A DNA stretch of 64,000 nt from Oopsacas minuta (taxonomy: Eukaryota; Animalia; Porifera). Location of the stretch: positions 62,001 to 126,000 of the forward strand of contig JAKMXF010000307.1 in NCBI GenBank assembly GCA_024704765.1, given 5' to 3'. The notes beneath the pieces are model-generated. The model saw only the letters and a list, made by a program, of their open reading frames with translations, did no database searches and was not told the origin of the DNA. This document shows, in pieces, positions 55,030-64,000 of this stretch. A program made the position numbers and the translations under genes. The stretch's first letter is position 1, and every line of letters begins with the position of its first letter.

Positions 55030-55560
55030 TGGTATACAAGGAGATTTTGGCATGGCTCGGACAGGTTCGAGTGTTGGACGAAAATTCACACCTATGATAA
55101 TATTATGACGTCATTGTCAACTTCTCGAAGTTCTAAAATCACAATATTAACCACTGCTCAGCAAGTATCATGATAAAAGTTGGGAATTTGAATCACAAGT
55201 ACCTCTCAATGTGCCAGTCTCCTAATTTCACGATTATGACTGAAAGCTAACTCAACATGGGTTTGTTACGTCAACATGACAGTAGAAAATTTCAATATTT
55301 CCAAATTTCGAAAAATTCTAAAATTTCTTAGTACCCGAGGAACGAAGTGCCGAGATTACTAACCAAAAGTGACATAGCATCTCCATTGCCCACGAAATGC
55401 CACTGAATGTAATTTGGATGGACTATGGATAATAATATCCTAAAATTTCTGCTATATTTATCCCTGAGGCATGAAGTCTCTACTTTATTCCGTCACGTAG
55501 CGACCAAATGCACAATAAAATTTATCTGTTCGATATTTAATTTACTCTTATGTACTAAGC
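55030..55560. repeat. Second, diverged member of the 28483-29436 element family
   Basis: ACGAAGTGCCGAGATTACTAA..AAAAG.GACATAGCATCTCCA and ...CGTAGCGACCAA are shared between ~29180-29350 and ~55340-55510. Confidence 0.75.
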
Positions 55561-57189
55561 CGTTGCGCAGAGGCTAGTTTTGAATGAAAATGTATACAAA
55601 CATTTTAGAAATTCTCTAAGCTGTAGAACCTGCTGAGTTGGGGCCTTTCAAGTTAGAGTGCATCACAAAATGGTATGGAGTAAGACTGAAAGACTCTTTC
55701 GAAAACGAAAGCCAAATTAATCTCCCAAAGTGGTTCAGAATTACAACGGATTCTCTTTCCCAAATATAGGGACATAATCTATCACTGTATGTTACGTGAA
55801 ATAAGTGCCCCATTTGATAGATAAAGGGACAATATCTCACTGTACACTACTCAATATTTGCGAAATGGTTGGTACTACGTGGACCGGTCGATTTGACTGC
55901 ATTCACAACTAATATGTATTAGTGTGATAAATCCGGAAATTTTATTACTGGAAGAATCTTTTGAGAAAACATTATTTTGTATTTACATGAAATCTGTCGG
56001 ACACTTTTCCCCTACTTACCATATGCCCCATACTCCAAATTTATAATTTGTTTACTATTTTTGTTGCTTATTATTATCACCATAATTCGGCTCTAATATA
56101 AATAGGGATATAGAATAACATATATCATATGTAGTTGTGTTGCTGTGGCTTAGTGGAATTATTATCACACAAATATAACGAGATGTCATTACGAGTACTT
56201 AGTATAATTGACCTAACATCTGGATATTACTTGTACTAAATCAATGCTAACATAGTCTAATGTAGCAATGTGTTTGTATTTTATACTTGAACAAGGTACA
56301 CTGAGTGTTGTGACTTGTAGTATTCCGAATCCTCAAATCATCATGCTCTTCATTTTCATTAATTCTGCAGTTTATTTAAATATCAGATAACTGAATCTAG
56401 TATTTAGAAATTTTCAATCATTTTATGGACGACAGTTCAGATTCGGGTATCAATCGGTCTGACTTATCGATGCAGATCAAACTGCTACAGATGATAAATT
56501 AGTCTGACAGCTAATTATTCTTATCCTTACCTTCTCAGGGATCTCTCAAGAATATTTTCACAATCTGACTTGCGAACTGATGGAAAGCCAAGATAATCTC
56601 AGATCACATGTATGCTCTCCACGTTGCCTAGTGGAAAATTCGGCAATCGATTGAGAGTATATAACCCGAATACAAGACGATCGTGAGCTTATCCGATTCT
56701 TCGTAAGGAAGATACCTTCACGAATCTCATCTAGATAACTTAGTATGCCATTAGATAATAGATTTAGTAATTTATCCGATTTTTTGAAAATACTTTTTCC
56801 TTAATATCTAGGTTGATCCGATCTTTGTCATACTAGATTCTCTACTGAAAATGAGAAATTAAATGTACCGGGAAAATTCTCCCTCTAAAATATAAATCCT
56901 AGTAGATAGTAACTTTATGGCTGTTCACTTAGCTTATCAGTGGTTAGGATAACTTTGTTAAATACAAACTGGAAATCTCGTCAAAATCTTAGGAGGTTGA
57001 TGTTTTCCCCACTTTGGCGAATTCGATAAATTTGAACAATTGTAAATCAAATTGACTAAAACTTAGTGTTTTCATTATTACTAGCGCTCCGCCACAGCTT
57101 AGTGCTCCAGGAACCTTAAATAATAGTTATATAGCGAAATTTTATAAGGTTGCTGGAGTACAGTAACTCTATCATTTTTGCATTTTTAG

Positions 57190-59330
57190 GTAAGAGACGT
57201 TGACCAGGTACTCATGAAAGGGAAAAAAATTGTTTTATCTGAAGGATTGTTACATACAGCTGTAAAATGGTATCATGATCAATTGAATCATACTAAGTCC
57301 AATACGCTCTCAAAAACATTATTATCCCATTGTTATTTTTGGGGTATAGAGAAAACTACCATAAATGACCTATTTTTATAATGAAGTGCATGTTTGGTCT
57401 CTGAATTTTCTACTTCCTAAACCAACTCATTTTAACCAGATTAAATCATTTGAAGTTTTTGACAGAATTCAAATTGATCTAACTCAAAAGCATTTAGTGA
57501 TCATGAAGATATTCTTTCCAGAAGAGGTTACAAATTGGCCTTAACTGTAATTGATTGTTGTTCAGTAAATGCGCATATGTCTACCCACTCAAATCTAAAG
57601 ATACACATCGAATTGTTGAGCTCCTTTTGCAACTGTTCTTAAGTGAAGTGATTCTCATAATTCTACAGAGTAACAAAGGTGGTGAATACATTCTAACTTG
57701 ATCCGAAATTTAGTACCAAAACTTCGTTTAAAATTGCTTACTGGTTCGCCTTACTCTAAGGCAACTCATGGTCAAACGGAGCTTTTAATAAAACATTTAA
57801 AAATTATTATGGAAGGAAATTCAGATAGAATTATCTAAGAAGAATTTCCAAATGATTGAAGATTGGGCAAACGTGTTAATTCCAAGAATATTAATTGCTA
57901 TATACATAAAGCACACATATGATTTCCTCGGACTCCATGGGACTTGTATAAAACAGAACAGAACTTCACCTAATCCTAAAGCTAGCTTAAGCTTAGGACC
58001 GATCACTTCTCAAGAAATAGAAATGTACCATGTTCCCTAACTCATAATTGAGATCATTGGATACACACATTTATCTTTAGGATTTAATGAATAGCCTTAG
58101 AAAACCACGTACACTGATAGAGTCAGAAAATTTGGAGAAATGTTTTCAAGATACTGCTTACTTTTGTGCTAAGGATGATTCTACATCGATCGAAGTAGAA
58201 AGTAATATTGAACATTTTTGCGAATCTTTGGGAAAAGCTAAGAAATATTCATTTCCTAAAGTTCTTAACAATATAACAAATGCACAGACTGAAATGAAGA
58301 GATGTTATGATTCTAAGTTAAACAAAAGATCTCTCGTGCAACTTAATATTGGGGATCTAGTCTTAATCAGGAATAGTAGAAAAGAAGATGCAACCTTGTA
58401 CAGGTATAGAAAATCCTTGTATAGGCCCTGCTGAAGTTGTTAAGGTAAAACTTCATACTGTACTTGTCCGTAATAATAACAAAATTCAACGAATAAAAGG
58501 CAAGTTCGTTAGAAAAGTTGTAGCATCGAGTGTTCAAAAGTTAAAAAGTCCCCTCATAAAAGTCTCTCGGAGAACTCCGCTTTAGATGTGGGAGTTCAGG
58601 ACAGCTTAAATCAACTTTGTGTTTTATGGAATGGAATGTACGATGGCAAGAAATTGGTCAATACTTGTAGTGTAGACAACTATACAAGACTTATTACGTC
58701 AAATGGCGTCGGTTCTGCGAAGACTAGAATACTTCCACATTGAAATTGAAGGAAACTAGCTCTGCTTATTCTGCTAATTCAGTAAAAAATGTTTGACGAA
58801 CTACGTTTCTGGATTTCAAAAGAAATAAAACTCGCTTCTAATTCCGAGATCTTAATTTCCATAGTTGAGAATTTGATTTTGTGACATTGATGCTCCATCT
58901 TAATCTTTCGAGTAATAGATACATCTCTTTATTTCAATGCTGGGACTGCTACGGATCCTTCACACCCGAACAGATTCGAATTCTCTTACAAAATTTGATT
59001 CAAATTGCCAAACGCTATTGACTATAAATCAAAAGTGCGATAATATTATGCAACTAGGAGGACGAGACAATAGGAAACTAAATGGAAGTTTTCAGAAATT
59101 AACCCCATTGCTCGTTTTAGAAACGGGATATCTAGAAACTTCTTCAACTCTAGAAAGCACGATCGAAACAATCTTATCAATCATACAAAAGGATGAACTA
59201 ATTACATACAGATTGCTTGGATACATTCTACTGCAGGAGTTCATTTCAGTCTTAAAACTTACATGAAGGGAACGTTTATCGTTATGATGGAATGGAGGAT
59301 CTATAGATAACTGGCAGCAATACTCGTCAA
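57190..59330 (+). mobile_element. Ginger/Gypsy-type integrase relic with GPY/F-like module and probable USP-like C-terminal domain
   Basis: KWYHDQLNH Zn finger; FDRIQIDL, LTVIDCCS, ILQSNKGGEY, GSPYSKATHGQTE core; IGDLVLIRN and CIGPAEVVKV; then LVNTCSVDN and GVHF...VYRYDGME. No RT or RNase H seen nearby. Confidence 0.7.
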
Positions 59331-59763
59331 AAAATCTATTGGAGAATTGTAAAGTATTGTACAAGCAACACGTTACAATTCTCCAATCAATGCTAATGTC
59401 AATTTTATTATTTACCTATTAGATAACAAACACTAAAGTTGTATTAGAGTACGTATATTGTAACATCATCAGTGTGTTACATCATTTATCGGTTTCACAA
59501 AATTTTGCATCAATGCTATCTTAGTTAGCTAGATTTTATACTAGTAGGATCTAGTAAGGAGAACAGGGATATTGTAGGTTGATTCCAAATATTCTGAAGT
59601 TTCTCCATTATAAATTCAATAGTCTCCGCTTAATAGAGCCACTGGTTAATCTTCCACTTGGCCAGGAACAGAACCATGTAAACAGTGTTTAATACCTCTG
59701 GTTAATCGAGTCAATACCTTTATTCCGCTTAAGCCGGCCAAAATGTCCCTTAATTACCTAAGT

Positions 59764-62007
59764 TAGGGGTCTTCAACCTGTGGCTCGCGATCATAAAGCG
59801 TGCGACGCGCGGGATAATTCTTGTTTTTGTTTCTTTTGTCTTCACTTTGTTAATTTTGAAATTTGTATATTTTATTCAACAGATATTGTGAAATACTTAA
59901 GTATTAGCACTTTTTTGTTTCTCAATTCTGGAAACCTTGATGGTTTTTAAAGTGTATAGAAGACCTTTGTTGTCTGTCTTCAGTCAATATTCAAATACAA
60001 ACAAAAGTATAAATCAGAAGTATTTGGCAATATACAATTTCATTTTCGGATTTCAAATACTCTCCAAATACATATTTTTTATTATTCATTAAGTATTTAC
60101 GTATCCACTATGGCTGCTTCTACGTCGAAAAAGCGGAAGATACAAGAAGAAAATCGGTCATTCAAGATAGAATGGGAAATAAATTATTTTTTCGTGGAGG
60201 ACAGTGGCAAGTTCATTTGCCTAATATGCCGTGAAACAATAGTTTCCACTAAAAAAGGAAACTTTGAAAGGCATTACAATACCAAACACTAATCAAATTT
60301 TGTGGGAATTCTTAGGGAATCACGAAAGACTAAACTAGACAATCTTAAAAGAAACTTGAAGAGTGAACAATCAATCTTTTCTAAAAATGATAATTCGGTT
60401 AAGTCGATCCCAGCAGTTAGCTTTGCTATTAGTAATATAAGCGCGAAACGTATGAAACCATTTACGGATGGTGAATTTATAAAGGAATGCCTAAATGAAT
60501 TCACTGATCAATGCTGTCCAGACAAAATCAACTAATACAGCATTTCTCCTTGAGCGCTACGATAGTAATGCGTCGAGTGGAATCAATTTCAAAAGATATT
60601 CATACACAACTATTGGAAAAGACAAGTTGTTTTAGTTTCTGTAGCTTGGCACTTGATGGAAGTAAAGATATTTGTGATTTTGAGCAATTGGCAATCTGGA
60701 TAAGAGGCGTTGATGAAAATTTCAACATTACCGAGGAATTACTGTCTCTGCGTTCTACCATGGAAGAACTCGTGGCATTGATATTTTCGAAGAGTTTCTT
60801 AAGACTGTGTCCGAAAACAACATTCCTGCCTTAAATTTATCTGGCATTTCAACAGATGGAGCTCCATCAATGCTTGGTACAGGTACAGGGTTTAAAGGTC
60901 AAGTTCTACGATGGTTGACAGAAATATCAAAGTGTCATTGTATTATTCATCAAGAGGCCCTATGTGCGAAAACACTTGGACTGGAAAATGTTATGAAATT
61001 GATAGTAGACGTTGTAAATTTTATCAGATCCAAAGGAGTGAATCATAGAGAATCTAAAGAATTTTTGAAAGATCTCGTTTTAGATTACGGAGGTGTATTA
61101 TATTTTACAAGTGTTAGGTGGCTGAGTAGAGGAGTAGTACTTAAAAGAGTTGGGAATTACGAGATGAAATATCAAGTTTCTTAGCCTCAAAGGGCAAGAA
61201 AGTTCCTGGATTAGCGAATTTTCCTTCCTTGTAGATATGACTACACACCTAAATATTCTAAATTCCACACTTCAGGGAAAGAACAAGTTGATTAATGAAC
61301 TTTATGCCACAATTCGAAGTTTTGAGATGAAACTCGCTCTATTTAAGTTACAGCTTAAAATAACAATTTTTCTTACTTTCCAGCACTAAAGTCACAAGAT
61401 AGTGCCAATGGAAACAAATATGCTGAAAATATTTCAAATCTCCAAAAAAACTTTGATACTCGATTTGGAGATTTTAGAAATCACCAACAAAGTTTCGAAA
61501 TTTTTGCATAGCCTTTCAGTTTTGATCCGCAATATGCTCCATAGGAACTTCAACTTGAACTCGTAGACCTGCAGTCTAGCATAGATCTCAAGGCAGACTT
61601 CAAGGATGTTGGAGTAATTAGTTTCTATAAAACTCTTCCTTCAGATATTTATCCTGCTATTTTTAAACACGCAAGAAGGATAGCTAGTTTATTTGTAAGC
61701 ACTTACACTTGCGAGGCATTATTCTCTAAAATGAAATTTATCAAGAACAAATATAGATCTAGTTTGACTGATGACCACCTCCAAGACGTTCTTCATACTT
61801 CATCGCCTGATATGAAACCTAATATAGATACCATCTTAATACAACTACAAAAACAGTACCAACCTTCACATTAATATGATAAAATACTCATAATAATACA
61901 GTACTATATAAAATATAGAATATATGATCCTTAACTTTTAATGCGGCTCACCAATCTACTACGAAACTAATATTTGGCTCTTAGAGGAAAAAGGTTGAAG
62001 ACCCCTG
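59764..62007 (+). mobile_element. SPIN/GTF2IRD2-like hAT, full length, transposase pseudogene (~60110-61873)
   Basis: 16-bp TIR (T/C)AGGGGTCTTCAACCT; perfect 8-bp TSD ACCTAAGT (59756-59763, 62008-62015); motifs KPFTDGEFIKEC, LALDGSKD, STDGAPSM, HCIIHQEALC, SVRWLSRG. Confidence 0.95.
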
Positions 62008-62402
62008 ACCTAAGTGATATGAACTCTATAAACAAAAAATGCTAAATCTTCCCCCTTTTGATATCCAAAGTTCGCAAAAATTAAAATCTACCCGGGACAA
62101 ATATGTTACAAAGTGAAAGAACCCATAATAATACTTTACAAGATAAATTATCCCGAACAGATTTGTTAAATGAATATATCATGACAAATTAGTTCCGGCC
62201 GTTACCATTTTGTATCCCTAACAAATATGTCAAAACAGGCCTTATGTATAGTAGGCTATGATTATATATAATTAATTCATCAGCTGGTTCCTTGAATAAC
62301 TGAACTGATGGGAAATGAACTAAATATTGCGGACTTTGGAACAAAACCAAATTCAATTTAGCTGCTTTATGCGCATTCATAATTAGGCGAAATATGTTTA
62401 CA

Positions 62403-63063
62403 GATAGCATTCTATACACTAAGGCAATGGTGCTGATTAATGGACTTGGACCAGGGATTGGTAAGTCATTTCTAATTAAATAATGGAGATATATTATTTG
62501 CTATAAAATATAAACGGTACATTGTGGCCGAACATATATATTATTGATATTTGACATTACTCACAGTCTACATCTACAAACTATTTTCAGGCCAAAATGA
62601 CGTTATCTGTTTGCCTAGTTAGCAAATANNNNNNNNNNNNNNNNNNNNNNNNNNNNNNNNNNNNNNNNNNNNNNNNNNNNNNNNNNNNNNNNNNNNNNNN
62701 NNNNNNNNNNNNNNNNNNNNNNNNNNNNNNNNNNNNNNNNNNNNNNNNNNNNNNNNNNNNNNNNNNNNNNNNNNNNNNNNNNNNNNNNNNNNNNNNNNNN
62801 NNNNNNNNNNNNNNNNNNNNNNNNNNNNNNNNNNNNNNNNNGCTAACTAGGCAAACAGATAACGTCATTTTGGCCTGAAAATAGTTTGTAGATGTAGACT
62901 GTGAGTAATGTCAAATATCAATAATATATATATTCGGCCACAATGCACCGTTTAAATTTTATAGCAAATAATATATCTCCATTATTTAATTAGAAATGAC
63001 TTACTCAATCCCTGGTCCAAGTCCATTAATCAGCGCCATTGTCTTAGTGTATAGAATGCTATG
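62403..63063. mobile_element. P-superfamily-like MITE with ~220-bp near-identical TIRs and 7-bp TSD; centre unassembled
   Basis: 62403-62623 is the inverse of 62842-63063; termini (G/C)ATAGCATTC; TSD GTTTACA (62396-62402, 63064-63070). Confidence 0.88.
62629..62841. other. Assembly gap (run of N)
   Basis: 213 consecutive N. Confidence 1.
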
Positions 63064-63467
63064 GTTTACATAATTGATAAGGGTTATAAATGTTTTAGAT
63101 TTTATATTAGCTAATGTGTTACGAATTTATAGTTTGTATTTTTGTATTGATCACAAATGGTATCCTATTGTACATAAATTAGTGTACTAATTGGTCATTA
63201 ATAATCTCTTTTGCAAATAATGACTAAAACCACATCCAATTATCGTATACAATAAACTTATTGAATACAATACTATCTCGTTATAATGATAGGTTTCAAA
63301 TTCACATGTTGTAGGTAAATTTAAAAACGATATTATGACAATCTGACAAATGGGTGAATTTAAATATTAGTGGTTAATGTATAATCTTTCATATAGCAAA
63401 TAATAATAATTAATTGCAGAAATTTGTCACATAATTATCACTACAGGCTCTTGATTTTACATACCTA

Positions 63468-64000
63468 CAGGGTGCCTCAAGAGTTCTGCAACAAATTTTT
63501 TACATCATTTTTCAAATCAAACCATAATTCAACTGCTGTTAAATTCATACTATGAACAAGGCTATATACTATATTCAATATAATGTGATAGTTCAATTCT
63601 AGTATATTATTTTGTCTGGTATATCTGAACTACAACAGAAGATGTCTGCTATTATTCTAATATTTCTAAATGGTAAGAAGCAGAATCAAATTCTAAAAGC
63701 CCTTGGTTCACCGAAATTTCACCATCGTTGATATCCCGCACGATAAAATGATATAGTGAGACAGGCGATATCATAGATAAGCAACGATCATGTCGGTCAT
63801 GAAAAATTAGGACTCCTACTAACAAGAAAAAGGTTCGTCAGATTTCAACTCGTCGGCCCACGATGTGCCAACGCATGGTCGCCGCAAAGGTCGGAATAGA
63901 TAAGGAATCTGCTGGACGAATAATCAAGAAAGACTTAGGTATGAAATGTTTCAAACGAAGTAGAGTAGAGTCACTTAATGGCCAGGTAATTAAAAAGAGA
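63468..64000 (+). mobile_element. 5' end of a Tc1/mariner-superfamily element (maT/DD37D-like), degraded; runs off the window
   Basis: TA|CAGGGTG start; translation ISRTIK*YSETGDIIDKQRS...IRTPTNKKKVR...IIKKDLGMKCFKRSRV..L (paired HTH region). The catalytic domain is outside the window, so the subgroup is tentative. Confidence 0.7.

Overview
AT-rich eukaryotic (animal) DNA made up mostly of decayed, nested DNA transposons around one intact host gene. That gene is a single-exon protein kinase N (PKN/PRK; minus strand, 25075-28380). Elements supported by protein motifs and/or TIR+TSD: a Gypsy pol 3' end; three diverged RAG1-core/Transib-like transposase relics (two flanked by CACAGTG-starting ends); a Chapaev3-like element; several hAT elements (ZMYM1-like, a 5-bp-TSD hAT5-like element, an Ac-like derivative, a Buster-like relic, three SPIN/GTF2IRD2-like copies); two mariners; a Tigger/pogo; the 5' end of a Tc1/maT-like element; a MULE relic; a Ginger-like integrase relic with a probable USP-like protease tail; a THAP/P-superfamily element with long TIRs and a 7-bp TSD (Galileo-like) plus related MITEs; and many small MITEs. 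No TE transposase ORF is intact. There is one assembly gap (62629-62841), in the centre of a long inverted repeat. I found no rRNA, tRNA or CRISPR. Family names come from motif recognition by eye, not from database searches. The host species cannot be determined from this sequence; an intron-poor, TE-rich invertebrate is only an inference.
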